Shown: positions 26,688 through 40,260, counted from the first letter of the whole stretch. The stretch is 62,947 nt of DNA, filler included, from Rhabdomonas costata (GCA_019059605.1; 20 parts of 20 records of this genome joined end to end with filler, not necessarily neighbours in it), one strand, 5' to 3'. A program made the numbers and translations. The notes: a model not told the origin generated them from the sequence alone.

Positions 26688-27161
26688 GACTCCTGCGCAC
26701 TTGCCTGGGCCCAGCAGTGCCACTTCTGTGATGTGAAATGTTTCGTCGGACATTCAGCATCTATCACATCGGTTGCTTCTAACTGGGCTCCACCCTTTTT
26801 TCGGTACCTGTCATGGGGGTGGCTGGTTTTCGTGAGTAGGTCAAGAATTTTGGTGTGAGAATAAGTACCCATGGAGAAATGCAACCGAAACAAAGACCTC
26901 ACTCGGGGCGAGGGGTCTTTCAGCTTCCCGGTGGACCCTTGCCTCTCAGGTTCCTCTCTGCCTTTGAATGAATTTCTGACTGCTGACACAGAATGACGGA
27001 AACCACACAAAAACCACAGCGTGTGTTCGTCTTCGTCTAATTGTGTCTTTGCCTGCCTCTATTTCTGCCCGACAGGCTTTCTCTCGACACTGCACAACAC
27101 ATACCTTTGCTCACACACTCACTCACATTCTCTGGCCTCTGCCTTTGCGGCATGCTTTTAT

Positions 27162-28239
27162 ATGGCCAGAGACGTGTCCACTCACCACACTGGGAGGCCA
27201 CCGACCTCCTCAGGGCCGACTTCCAGTACCCGATGCCGGGCCAACGTCTGGCTGAACGTGTATGACCTGGCGCCCTCAGGTGCGCGTGTGTGAGTGATGG
27301 ATGTCGTGGTTGGAGGTAACCTCATGGAGGGAAAAGGTATTTTCTTGGGGGGAGGAGGAGGTTGAACTATGCTTGCTGTGCTGTCTGCCTGGAACAGCTC
27401 TAACGGAGCGAAAAGTGGAAGCTTTCCATACCTTTTGTGGTGAGCCACTTTTCACGGATTGCGTAAGCGCCCTGCTGTGAATCTACTTTGCAGATATGCT
27501 GGGGTTCTTGGGGATTGGCATCTACCACAGCGGCATCGAGGTGTACGGCAGCGGTATCTTCGCATCACAACCCTGCCACTTACCTCTTTTTCTCATTGAC
27601 TCCATGTTCCTAAAGGGGTGGCGCCGACTTTGTGTTTTTATTTTATTTTATGGAAAGGAACAACTGGGCTTCTGCGCGATCCCCGCAGGCGATGACTTGC
27701 TTTTGCCTTTGCTAATATTCCTTCTTCTTCCTTGTCTTGTTTTGCATTCCTGCAGTCTGCTTGTATTTTTATGCAGCTCATTCCCTCTTGTCACTACTTT
27801 CGTTGTGAAAAACAGGATGTGCATCCTATGGTGTGTGTTTTCTCTCTCGTAGAGATTTCCTTCGGGGGCTCTATGGGACCGATCGATCGGTCCTTTTCCG
27901 GAATTATGATTGGCCTTCCCGGGCGTGCTCCAGTTCCCCTGAAGTGCGCGTTGATGTGAATTTGCGTGTCCACTGCACCACACTAAGTTTCAAGAGCCAA
28001 GCGCCAGGCAAAACGCTTTCTACTAGTCTCCTTGCGCTGTTTCTACCCACAGACTGGTGTAGCATGAATCTGCGTGTCTGTGAGTCTGTGAGTAATGATG
28101 AGTGCAATGACGAGTGGAATGTTTTTTTTCAGAGTCTCGGTGATGCTGGGGCAGACAGAGTGCAGTGCACTGGAAGTCAATAACCTTGTGATGGACTTCA
28201 GGAAGGAGTGGCTTGCGTATACCTATCACATCTTGAACC
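27162..28239 (+). CDS. DeSI/PPPDE (peptidase C97) isopeptidase, 3'-partial, 4 exons
   Basis: VWLNVYDL...GIGIYHSGIEVYGSEISFGG...MLGQT...YHILNR|; catalytic His present, the NCN Cys exon lies beyond the contig end. Confidence 0.88.
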
Positions 28240-28398
28240 GGTGGACCACCCCCTTCCCTTTTTCCTTTTCTCCCACCCCCTTTACAACAAACNNNNNNNN
28301 NNNNNNNNNNNNNNNNNNNNNNNNNNNNNNNNNNNNTTAATTAATTAANNNNNNNNNNNNNNNNNNNNNNNNNNNNNNNNNNNNNNNNNNNNTTGCAG

Positions 28399-30227
28399 AG
28401 CGTGTGGGGGTGGGAACGCTGATTACCATTCCTTTGTTCCGGCTTGCCCATGCAATGAGGCAGATGGCCGTGCTGAAGATCGATGACACTTCGGGTCACT
28501 CCATCCTGGCTTCGCGGTCGAAGTTCCTGGAAGTGGCGACGTGTGAGAGCTCCTTCCTTGCGCTGGAAAGGTCTCTTCTATTGCCTTGCGCCGGATGGCC
28601 GTTTCCTTTGGGATTTCAGGGAGGATGTTTCTGGTTAGATGTGAGAGAAAGGTATCATTTCTCTGGTGTTACTTCACTTCACTTCACTTCACTTCACTTC
28701 GCATTATACTGCTTTGCTTTTAACGGATGCCACAACAACAATCAAAATGTAGCTGTTCCTTTCTTTCCCGTATTCCGTGGGGAGGGGTGGTGCTATGAAT
28801 ACATTTTCTCCCTGGCAGTCGTCGTTGGCCGCACCCAAAAGTCAAGATGCTTGGGGTGGATGAGATTGCGGTTCAGGAGCTGGCAGTTATAGCGGTCGAA
28901 AGCAGACCGGACGCCCTTTTGTTCCCTCGGGTTTTCTAATCTTTTCCGGTGTAGGGCCCGTATTCTGAAACAAACACTCCCCCTGGGATGAGTTGGGAGT
29001 TGGGAGGCTGATCAAATGTCCTTCTGCCGAGGCACGGATATCGAACCACCGCTTTCGATTAAGTAAGAGTGCCTGAGGGGTGATTTTCACTGTGATTTAT
29101 ATTGTGTCTTCACGGGACAGTCACGCAAATTTGAATGACTTGCTCTCAGAGGTCTGAAGGCCTTCGTGAGGTATGTGCCCAGAGACGTCGTGAAGATGAT
29201 GCTGACAGGATCGATGGAAGTGGGTAGCTGGATGGCTCGTAAGGTTGTCAGCATCATGTTCGCGGACATCGCGGGGTTCTCCACGCTGTGCGAGCAGATC
29301 CTGTCGGAACAGCTTGTGCAGTTGATGACCCAGTGCGTGCTTGGCTCTATCCACCACCTTCTCCTCGTAGTCTTTTGCGAAGTTCTGCGATGGTGGTGGC
29401 TTTGCCACAGATTTTAGCTTCGATATGCTGGTCGTTGGATTTATCCACTCTCTGTTTTGGTTTCACCTATATGTGGAAATGGTCTTCCTTGCCATTTGAT
29501 GACCCACGCATTTGGCTCCGTTGTAAATGGAGATGCTCGTCTACAGTGACCTCCCTCAATACCGACTTTCTTCATCCCAGAGCTCAAGATCCCAGAGCTC
29601 AAGATATCAATCTGCCGTTTGGGTGCGTGTGGTGCGGCAAGATGGGGGCCACCTGTCTCTGGTCAAAAAACCGGCAGGGGGTTGATGTGCGTTGGAGGCC
29701 TGCCATTCATGTGTTGCCTTAGGTACCTCCAAGCCATGTGCGATGCGATCGTCCGCACCCGAGGAACATTGGACAAGGTACTGAGGGTCTTCTCTTCTCA
29801 AGCACAAGTTCCTTGCCTTCCTTTTGTTTGGGTCTGCCCGTTTTTTGAGTGAGCTGTGATTGGGGTAGAAAGCTTTCACCAACCGCATGAGTTGCCTTCA
29901 CTCTGCTGGTCCTGTTTTGTGTCTAGGAAGCAAACCAAAATCAAGTATTTTCGCCAATGACCTGGCAACACAACAGCAGCAACGGTATACCGTATAACGA
30001 CACGCACATGCACAACAAGTGCCGCGGATCAGTGTTTTGCTCTTCCTCCCATTCTACCTGTGCTGGCCGGCTTTGCAGTTTATTGGAGATTGCATCATGG
30101 CGCTGTGGAACGCCCCGCGCTCCATGAAGGGCTTTCAGGCGGCGGCTGTAGGGGCTGCGATGGAGATGCAGCGGAGACTGGTGGCGCTGTGGGCAGAGTG
30201 GGGCGAGACGGGCTTGCCTCAGATCCG
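28399..30227 (+). CDS. HAMP plus class III adenylyl/guanylyl cyclase, partial, 4 exons
   Basis: ITIPLFRLAHAMRQMA (HAMP-like); FVRYVPRDVV; VSIMFADIAGFSTLCE; GTLDK|FIGDCIMALWNAP. Both metal-binding Asp residues and the adenine-specifying Lys are present. Confidence 0.92.
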
Positions 30228-31250
30228 GTGTTTTTTTCGGGCGGCGGGGGGGGGGTGCTGGCCCCGAAATCCCGGAATGCACAGAACATAATCCTGAGAG
30301 CTGGGCGAGGAGGATAACAACCGAGACCCCTAACACACTGAGGAGATCGTACGTGCGGAAGCCTCCGCAATGTGTGGACTGATCTCGTCGGCGGTGAACG
30401 CGTGCATATTTGAACATCTTTTCAAGCGCGAACTGTTGTTTCAACTGATGACAGAGCAAGGAAAATTTAGGAACCTGACGTGGCGCATACGAAAGGAAAA
30501 TGCGCAGCGGCGGTGTCCTTCTCTCTCTTTCTCCCCAAAACCAGAAAAAAGGAAGATCGAAAAGATCCAAGAAGGGTCGACAAATGGGACGAGTTTTCAG
30601 TGATGAAGAGAGGCTAGGAAGAGAAGAGGGAAGAGGGGGAATTGAATTCGAAATAGCCCATAGGGTCGCAGTGAGTTAAAACAACGAATTTTCCAAAACA
30701 CGCGATTGACAGTGCGAGTGAACAAGAGAACATGGTACAAGCAGTCCTGAGGACATAACAGGGGACACCTGGAGAAGGGAGGCCCGACCAGATTCGAGAA
30801 CCCAAGTCACCAAGAAGCAGCCCAGTTGTGTGCGGCCGAGCCAAGCACAGAGAAAGACAGACGACAAGTACCGCCCCGATGAATGACGACCAACACCTGG
30901 GGGTGGGGTAACAAGGTGAGCGTAGCTCCACTAGGGAGTGGGAACCGAGGTCAGCCGAGGGTAAGGGAGAAATGGGAACGATTTGAATTGACACCTGAAC
31001 AACAGACGGATAGAGTGGAGAAAGTGGTGCAGCAAAAAGCAAAGGTGGGTATGAAGCCATAGAAACCAAGTGCAGAAGCTGAATCGGTGAAGAGAGGGAA
31101 GTGCCAACCGAAAATGGGCAGACTGGTGTGATGACCCGGTGAAGCAGCGAGAAGTTCTGGGGAGATTGGAAAAGTGTCGGCAATGACAGGCCGCGGAGGT
31201 CGCAGAAATAAGCAGGTGCCAGGCCACACAGACCTGCCGGGGGACCTGAC

Positions 31251-31436
31251 GGGGGAGATCAAAGGATCATGAAGAGTACTGTAAACTGTCATGGGTTCCC
31301 AAGGCCTCGCAAACACTGTCGGCCGTGGGTCCCGAGAGGAGGCCATCCCAGTGAGACGGATTGAGAGAGAGTGTTTGCGAGGCCTTGGGAACCCATGACA
31401 GTTTACAGTACTCTTCATGATCCTTTGATCTCCCCC
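31251..31436. repeat. Perfect 67-bp inverted repeat (31251-31317 / 31370-31436) with a 52-bp spacer at the contig end
   Basis: gggggagatcaaagg...cgcaaacact is exactly reverse-complemented by agtgtttgcg...gatctccccc. Confidence 0.95.
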
Positions 31437-31779
31437 ACACCNNNNNNNNNNNNNNNNNNNNNNNNNNNNNNNNNNNNNNNNNNNNTTAATTAATTAANNN
31501 NNNNNNNNNNNNNNNNNNNNNNNNNNNNNNNNNNNNNNNNNTGTCTTGGCCCTTGAAGTCAACAAAGCATTTCCAAACGTTTCTTGTGAACCGCCACGGC
31601 TGTTGGAAACCTTGGTAAGCGACAATTATTAATCGTTTCCTGGGTGGGTGAAATAAACGCGTCCACAGCGATATTATTATGTACTTGATTTTTCCTCTGA
31701 ATCATCCCGTTCACTCAGCTACCCCATGATCAGCGAAAATGAAAAATGCGGGATAGGGGGCGGGAGGGGGCGAGATGAA

Positions 31780-34215
31780 CCCAAGGATTTCTGCAGTTCA
31801 GGGTCGTTGTGCAGCAGGATGGCGAGGATCTCTGAGGCGTATAGCTTATACTGGGGAAACGACGATCCCGTTTCTGACGGGGCTGCGCTGACCAGCCGAC
31901 GAAGGAGGAAGTCCACTAGCAGGTCGTACGACGGTGAATCTGACCGCACCTTGACACAGGTGAGAACCAGAAGAAGGTCGATCAAGAAATCCTGGTTTCC
32001 GAATCAATAGTTCAAAACCATCTTATGGTGAAGCCGTTTCACTTCCAGGTATATCCTGCCCTTCATAGTCGCTTCAAGGCATAGTTTCAATATTCGGAAG
32101 GTCACAGACAGAAGAGTCTTAGATCAAGCGAAGGAGAAGACAACGTGATCACAGGACAACAAAGGCACAGGAGAGATGACTTCAATATTCCAGGAATATT
32201 TCTCAAAAGATAATCACACTTATCACACAACGAGACGAAAAGAGAAAACGAAGGAAACAGGAGCTCCGTACAATTGCAGGATCGATCTCCATAATGTTCT
32301 CAACGACCCCCAGAGCGGACACGATCGCCTGTTGGGGGGAGAGGCACACAGCCTTGCACAACGTGGTTCCCGTGCCCCCATCCCTTTCTTCTCCAACCCA
32401 ACCAACTGCACTGCACACAACTGCCTTAATTCTTTGCTGAACAATCCCCCCGGAAGTGTGCTGCTACACAAGAAACCAGCCTGTGGGTTTCAGAGCAACA
32501 ATCGCCGGGAAGTGCAGCAAAGGGCAAACCTCAGCTTCGTCTGAAACAGACTCGTTCAGTCTTAGCATTGCGGTGATAAGGTGTTGAAGAACGCTGTTTT
32601 GCCCCTAAGCGGAAAGCATGTGCAACGCCACACAATACAACAGCAGACATTGACTTGCACTGCTGAACGTGGCCTCACATCCAAAAAGAACTGAGTGGCA
32701 AGAAAGTGTTACCAGGACTTCAATCATTGCCTCCGCCCGGCCGCTGGAATCCTCACCAATCACCTCCGCGTCGGAAAGCTCGTTGAGCAGCCCCAAAGCA
32801 GAGCATACAATATCTGCAGACACGTAGATAGTAACACGATTTCGCTCAACTGAAGCACAGACTCCCCAATCGCGCGCGGAGACACGGAGTCGCCTCAAGA
32901 TAAAGATATGCACGACTTGGCAAGTCTGAAGACCAAGACTTCATGCGGTAAAAACACAAGTTCGGGAGGCGCCCATCCCCTTGACCCGAAGGTGAGTAAA
33001 CTTTACGGCTTGTCAACAATGCCAGGTGCTCAGCAGCACAGATAAAATACAATGCGTAGCAGCAAAGCGAGTGGCCAAGCGATTCAGCGGAAAAATCCCT
33101 CCCGTACATATAAGGGTGCTTCCTGTGCCTCCCCAATAGTCAGTACATAAGGGCAAAGAATTGAGAAAGAGCAAAGTTAAGAGACGCAGTGGAGCGAAGT
33201 TCTGCACATACCTGAGTTCTCGTGGGAGAGGAGGGAGAGGAGGGTGGGCACGAGTGGGGTGCTCTTGGCCAGATCATGGTAGTGCTCGGGAACCGTTGAG
33301 AGAACTTGCAGCCGGTGCAGCTCCTCATCCAACTCGACCTCACTCTCTAAAAACCTGTTCAGAATGCCACAAAGGGTTACACCCCTCATTACACCGGCTT
33401 CTTCACTTTTTCTGACGTTTTCGACCAGGCAGCACATATATTAAGCCTTTGTTTGGTGATTCTAACCTTTTGTGCCGATATTTGTCCCGTCAATCCGAAC
33501 CATTGGGCAGCGATGGCGCGTGATGACGACTTGGTCACACCCCACTTTCCAGCGAATCCATTCATTCAATGATTGAATGGCATATGCCGCAGTCCCAGTG
33601 GAGAAGTTGCATCGTCCACTGAGTTCCCAACAAATTTTGAGCATTGGGTTATGAATCGCCTTACTATTAGGCCACGCCAAACTTGGTGGCGCTGTCATGA
33701 CGGCAAACCACGAAACATGAAAACCAACCCTCCACTCCAGCTCAAGTCAAGAGTTGTATATCAGGATAACAAAAGGAGTGACGACACAACAAACGCAACA
33801 GAAGAGAAACAAGAAAAAAAATGTTTCCAAAAACCCCTCAGGGCTTCTGTTATTTCTTTTTGTTCCGCTTCCATGTCACCGCCTTTGCCTGGGTATTTGA
33901 AAGGTTAGGTTGGACTCCATAGCTTCTAATTTTGCTTCAACAAGCTGGCCCGGCAAACTAAATTTCTCTTCAGTTGCTCTTCCGCTGAAAACACGACACT
34001 GCAAAACTGAAGACGCAGTACTTCTCCGGATCATTGGTGTGCTTGTCGCGGTCCTGCAGGTTTTTCCTCATCTTGCGCTCCAGGGTGGCGGCGAGCCTCT
34101 TGGCCCCGGCCAGGTCCAGCTGCTCCTCGTCCTGCGCACGCTCAACGTACTTCTCGATCTCCTCCTTCGAGGGCCCACTGCTAGCCATGTCAAATCTGCG
34201 CCGAGCCTGCTGCAT
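31780..34215 (-). CDS. CTNNBL1: Beta-catenin-like protein 1 (Prp19 complex), 3'-partial, >=6 exons
   Basis: KNLQDRDKHTNDPEK|FLESEVELDEEL...LLSLLSHENS|DIVCSALGLLNELSD...RLNESVSDEAE|AIVSALGVVENIME...KLYASEILAILL, collinear with CTNNBL1. Confidence 0.92.
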
Positions 34216-34688
34216 TTTCCCACCCTCACCCAAAAGGCCCTTTGCTTTGAAATAAAAACTCAGCGCCCTCGGAACGAAAGCCAATCAAAGCGAGGTGACG
34301 AAGCGGAATGACAAACTGGTGCAATGATTCAGGAAAGGTGAACAGAGACCAAACACCACACTCGATAAGAAGAAAGCCACCCGTGGCATTCGTTCTGCAA
34401 TTTCACCCATTTTGACAGCAAAGCCTAAATTCCGGCAGATCATTTAATTACAAATGTGCAAAATTTGATTTAATCAAACGGCATCACTTCCCGCAAAGAA
34501 GTCATCTTGCGGGAAAAAAAAAGGCCAAGTTTGTCTAGATAACGACAGTGCAGACTTGAACGGGAACTGAATTTTCACCCATTACACANNNNNNNNNNNN
34601 NNNNNNNNNNNNNNNNNNNNNNNNNNNNNNNNTTAATTAATTAANNNNNNNNNNNNNNNNNNNNNNNNNNNNNNNNNNNNNNNNNNNN

Positions 34689-37614
34689 TTTTTTGGGGGA
34701 ATTCGGATCACGGTCGCACTCACTGGCCTCGAAGAACGAGGTTCAGAGCCCCGAGCAGAGGGCTCGAGACCCGAGAGCCGCGTCCCTGGAAGGTCCTGAA
34801 GCCGCGTGGACTCTACCCGAGTAGATAGAAGGGCCCCAGCGTTCCGAGCAGTGGTCCGGGCGACAGCCGCGCTCAACGGTCTGGCTGTGCGAGCAGCATC
34901 CCGAGAAGTGAGCCCCAGCGCTGTCGCTGCCCCCGCCTCGGTCAAAGAGCTTAGGTTGAGCTGCATCCGAGGAGAAGCGCTGCTTCTCTGAGATCCTGGA
35001 GGGGCTTCCAGACCCAGAACCTCACACATCGACACCGTGCTATGGGTGCAGTCACGCGCCCACTTGGCCATGGTGCTGAACCCGTGAGGGTGCGAAGCTG
35101 TGGAGAATGCTGGTAAGGGCCTGGACCGCCCGGACCGTGGAGAAGGCGTTGGGGTGAATCTGGCCCGGAGGTGCACTTGCCGGCGCTGGAGAGTCCACAG
35201 CAGGCCTTTGCGGATGAGATCTTTCATTTCAGGTTCTGGAAGTTCCAGCAGCCATGGAGGGGGCTGGGGAGGATCCGGGGCGCGGCCTCGGTCGCGAACT
35301 TCACGCAAGGGGGCGCGAGGCACGCCGATGCCGAGAAAGGGATTCGCTGAGAACAAGAGGGATAGCGCGGAACTTGCACCGTATGAGCTAACTGAATGGA
35401 AGTGAGGTGGGCCGCTGGCAAGGAAAGAGCGACCAAATGCGACATGATCTAGCAACCCAAATCCAAGCCCATGACGGATTATACACCTAGAGGATTACAC
35501 TGCGAGGATCAGTCTTTCACGAAATGATTCACGAAAGCGATCTCTACACCAAAGCAACATCAAAGTAATGAAAAGTTGTAGCTGTGACCTTTCTATAGGA
35601 ATATCAGGACGTGAGCAATTGGCGGAGCCGCGCTATCCGATTGGGCAACGAAACCCGTTCCAAATGTAATTTCGGGACATCGCCGTCTCAAAGCATTTCC
35701 ATATCTACACATCAGTTCAAGAAAGCACAGCACAACCTTTGGGCTTTTCCCGAAATTGGGGATAGGTCTGCTGATAAAGGTGAAGTTCCCGATGAAAGGC
35801 TTTCCACCGCTGCAGCAAAGCTTCAAACAGCAAGGACTTCCGCAGGTCCAGGTCAGTGGACTCGGGGAAGGCTTTTTCAAAGCAGCTGAAACGAAGTGGT
35901 ACCACACTCGGCGGGGCATGTGAGGCAATCCCTCCCCCAGGGGCTTCTCCGGTTTGGTAGTGTAGAAAGCATGGTGTGCTGAAACAAAAAAGCAAATGCG
36001 TATGTTCTGCACCCTCGTTGTCGTGAACGTGTAAGTGTGAGTGCGGAGAGGTATTTGGGCATGAGCAGACCTCAGTTGATCCGTCACCTCGGCAAAGCGG
36101 TCATCGTCAAGCAGGTGGACTTCAGCAAGGGCCATGCCAAGTAAAGGATGCATGTGCCGCTGCTGGTGCAGCTGCTCAGCGGACTTGTGGCGGGCGGTTC
36201 TGCTCACTGGGAGTAAGGTGCGGGGATCCCTTGGTATGTTGCCACCCCTTGGAGTCTGCACAAAAATGGCAATGAAAAGCAGAGGCCGGGTACTGGCCAG
36301 CAGAAGACTAAGTTTCTAACAAAATGTATTCACCGTCAACAAAGCATGAACCCTTCTATGTGCGATATATTTTGCAATTGAGCAAGCATTTGCCAAAGAG
36401 GTTCTTGTCACTTGCTTCCAAAAAGCACGTGCGGGCTGACAAAAATCCACCATCAAAGTACCAACCATTTAAATAAGAGGAGAGGATTACGTTGGAGAAC
36501 AAAGTTGGAAACACCTTAACCAGAGTCTTGTCTGTCACAGCCAGCACAGCCACGAAGGTCTGGCATGACTCGACGGCGTTCGGAACGTATTCTCCTGAGT
36601 AGCACAACAATAATGGCGTGAATGGACCGGTGGGTGCATCAAAGTTGGTGCACTGTGCCCATCCCCACACCACACGACTTGCTGGTACTGGAGTCGGATA
36701 TATCGGAAACTTGAATTACATTTTTCCGTGTCGACGGCTTGATATGGCCGCGACAGTTACAGTGCACCTATACAACCTCACTTAGCGACCCGACGATGTG
36801 GTCAAAGCCAAACCAAAGCTGCAGAGGCCTACCTGTGGCACTTATCCGCGACGCGGACAGGGAAATCAGCTGGCTCAGTAGAAGATCCCGCTCCTTGGCC
36901 GTTTTCCGTGGGGGAAGCTTCTGCTGTAGTAGCAGGGTGCGGTGAGCGGACTCCACGAGGTTCCGCAGAAGCTTCAGGTCCCGCTCGCGGGTCTCCACAA
37001 GAACTCTGCGCTCCAGCCGCTCCCACTGAAGCCCCAGAATTGCTGTTGAATATTTTTCCAGGGGTGGGGCAACTCAAAAGACGACCCGAAACCCAACAAG
37101 CAGAACACACCTTCGAAACCCAAGCCGAAACCTGAGCCATGTCAGCACTACCATCCCATTCCCATCCCCACGCTTCCATTGACCCCGCCCTTAACAACAC
37201 TGGAAGGTGTCGACGATCGCCGTTGCCCGGAAGAACAAACGGAAGGTGTTTGGACAATGAAAGAAGCCCCTCTTTACGTTATCATTAAAAAGCAGGGGAA
37301 CGATGTGCCCTGCAAAACCTCACGCAGCAGGCAAGCAGGGACGCAAGAATATTCGAGGTTATTATACCGAACTGGCGTCTCCGCCGCCGGAGGAACACGC
37401 GGACCCGCCTCTGGATTAGCTTCACACTGAAGAAGAGCACTCGAAGGCGGCGCTGCACCAGCCCCAACGCTATCATCGCCTTGCGAATGGCCACGATCGA
37501 GCGCACCTTCCGCCGGATGCGCATGGAGATCACCATCCGAAGCCAAGCGCGCCGAAGCACACACCACGCCCGACGCCGCCTCCCTCGGCGTGTCGCCGCA
37601 ATCCAGTAGTATAG
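34689..37614 (-). CDS. Multi-exon hypothetical protein with a basic IQ-like helix (about 6 exons, partial)
   Basis: Phase-consistent GT-AG chain: VKLIQRRVRVFLRRRR...|VLVETRERDLKLL...|GEYVPNAVE...|TPRGG...|SCFEKAF...|ANPF...PPPWLLELPEPEMKDLIRKG. Confidence 0.6.
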
Positions 37615-37631
37615 TCTGTGCAAACATTGGC

Positions 37632-37688
37632 CAGAATCAGAATCAGAATCAGAATCAGAATCAGAATCAGAATCAGAATCAGAATCAG
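37632..37688 (+). repeat. (CAGAAT)9 hexanucleotide microsatellite
   Basis: Directly visible; upstream of a splice acceptor on the - strand. Confidence 0.95.
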
Positions 37689-39177
37689 GGGGAGCACACG
37701 CCTGAACTAATATCATTCCAGAATATCACACACANNNNNNNNNNNNNNNNNNNNNNNNNNNNNNNNNNNNNNNNNNNNTTAATTAATTAANNNNNNNNNN
37801 NNNNNNNNNNNNNNNNNNNNNNNNNNNNNNNNNNAAGCTCAACACAGCTCACAGCTCACAGCTCACCTCACACCAAAACTAAAGAATTCGTCGTTGTGTA
37901 TTCTATAAGTTTTTTTGTCTTAAAAGCATGCCTCTGGTCTTGAATTGGCGTCTTTGCGTGAATTGCAGGACCCCCGTTGACAACATACATCCGCATGCCG
38001 TGAAGATGCGTTGTGAAGAGAAGGGGTCAAACTACAGCAGGCTACACCGTAAAAAAAAGAGAGAGATACAACCTTACCTAAACACCAAGGGACGCGTATG
38101 TTACCCAAGCCCAGAGGCATAAATACAGGCCAAAAAGACTTCAGTTTGAAACGTTACGGGCCACGTTCTCGATTTCGGGGTGTAACTAGGCTAAGTAGCA
38201 GGTGTTAAGGAATATTAGAAAGTTGCCCGTTCACCGAAAGTTCAATGCTCGCCCACATCAAAATAAACAGGGACGCCAAGTAGACAGTAGTGGTTGTGGT
38301 CAGGTCAAGGCTCAATCGATAATTCCGGTGAAGAAAGACGGAGAGGGAAAGACTACAGGACAGGGAGACGCCACGCCTGTTTCAGGATCGCCTCCTGCAA
38401 TTCGTAGAGCTCACCCATGCGGGATAACTTCGCGTCCATCTTCGCGTAAACAAATGCAAAGCAACAATAACACCTCCCCTACAGCAACACTAACAAAGCA
38501 GATGGGTCAATGCTTCAGGGGAAAAACGCGGCTTCCGACGATGATTTCAGATGAGATGGTATGAAGCCAACCTGGAAGACTGGAGTGATTACGTCCGCGA
38601 TTGGAAGTTACTGAGACATTCTCCTGCACGTCGACTAAGCTCCAAAAGCGATTTCTGCACGCTTCAGAAGAAGGCCGCAGCAAAAGGATGCAGCATTCCT
38701 TCAGGCAAGCAGTGGAATGCACGGAGACTAATAACCAGTGTTGAGAACAACGGGGCTAAAAATGCGGGACAGCTGAAGGGAAACCAAGCTCGAAAACACC
38801 CGAAGATACGCAGCGAAAAGTTCGCCATCTTCACCAAACAATAAATCGGAATAAGCAGATGGAGAGAGGAGAAGGCCTAAGTGGTTCAATGGGTGCGCAA
38901 TGAGTCCAGCGCGTCCGCTTCTCCATTGACCTTTCAAGTTTTCAAGTCGTTCTGGACCAGAACCCCGATAACAGGAAAAAGAAACAGCACGGGGGCCACA
39001 CCACTACAATCCGAGCAAGCTTGATCGTTGATGATTTCCTTCCAGGAAGCATCAAGACAGCCGGACAGAGCAAAGTACCACTGTCACACCATACATGCCC
39101 GCAAATACACACGCACACACACACAAGTACAAGGACGAGAAGCTCGACGGTCGTCCATTTTTTCTGCCTCGGCCTTT

Positions 39178-40260
39178 TCAGGCCTCAGCACAGTACTCCG
39201 GCAGTTTCAGCACCTCCTGGGCCTCCTCGTTGCCCTGCTCCGCAGCTCGGATCAGCCACGCCACCGCCCGCTGGTGGTCCACCGCGGTTCCGTAGCCATT
39301 GTGGAAGCATAGCCCGAGGTGCAGCTGGGCCAACGGGCGGTCCCGGGCACGCCGGAACCACCGCAGGGCCACCGCTCTGTCCTGCCTCACCCCGTTGCCG
39401 CTGAGGTAGCACATCCCCAAGTTCACCATAGCCCCGCGGTCGCCCTGCAGCGAGGCCTTAGTTAGCCAGCGGGCTCCCTCCGCAGGGTTCTCCGCAATCC
39501 CAGAGCCTTCAGAGAGACTGGGGAGGAGCGCTTCAGGTTTCAAGGAGGGAGCATAAAGGGGGTGCCTCTGTTTTTCCAAACACAGAAAAACGGCGCGGAC
39601 CTAATCCTAGCTTTTGTTGCGCTTCAGTGGGTGTGGAAGTGGCCCTGAGGACATCATGTCAATGCTAATTGTCCGTGGTGTGGGTCGATCAGTGCACCCC
39701 CAGGGGCATTTTGATTGCCAGGGGTCAGGATTCCGTGGACATCTTTTCTCCTGATGTATTTGGGAAGGGGGTAGACCTAAGCGAACTACAACCCAACCTC
39801 CTTTAGTAGTGGACACAGGAGGGGCGCCCGTGTCACCGTGGACAGAAAAATGAAAAGTTTCCTTTGCCTTTAACATTGCCTTTAATAGCGAGGAGTGGAT
39901 CCCCTGACCTAAGTGGACAGAAAACCCCTGCCCTTCCTCAGGAAACCCGAGGCTCCCAATAAATGGGCAAATCCCAAAGTTCGCCTGGGCCGGAGAGAAC
40001 CCCTGCTCTGCAGACATCCGGAACAGCTGCACGGCGTGGGCCTTGTCCTCGTCCACGCCCTGGCCGTGGTAGTAGAAGTACCCCAGTACACTCTGGGCGC
40101 ACCCAAAGCCCGCGCTGGAGGACTTCTGGTACCACGGCAGGGCGGAGGGCAGGTCAGAGGTCAGGAACTCCGTGCCCCGGGGCCCAAACACAAACACGGA
40201 GCCGTACACCCACTGCGCGATGGGGTCCCCCTTCGAGGCGACGTCATGCAGCGGCAAGTG
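39178..40260 (-). CDS. Sel1-like repeat protein, last two exons (~40260-39968, 39517-39178)
   Basis: Repeated SLR consensus: AQSVLGYFYYHGQGVDEDKAHAVQLFRMSAEQG; AMVNLGMCYLSGNGVRQD; AQLHLGLCFHNGYGTAVDHQRAVAWLIRAAEQGNEEA. Confidence 0.9.

Noticed and set aside
30614-31183. 189-aa ORF with LLLGDLG (APE endonuclease GDFN-like)
   Set aside because: A single weak motif with no other endonuclease motifs in register; at most a decayed repeat.
34488-34522. 9-bp hairpin plus A-run upstream of CTNNBL1 (terminator or E2F-like site)
   Set aside because: Too short to distinguish from chance; eukaryotic context, and the T-run is on the wrong side for a terminator.
37835-37920. Possible spliced-leader RNA gene
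   Set aside because: No match to known kinetoplastid, diplonemid or Euglena leader sequences; only a short CACAGCT repeat.
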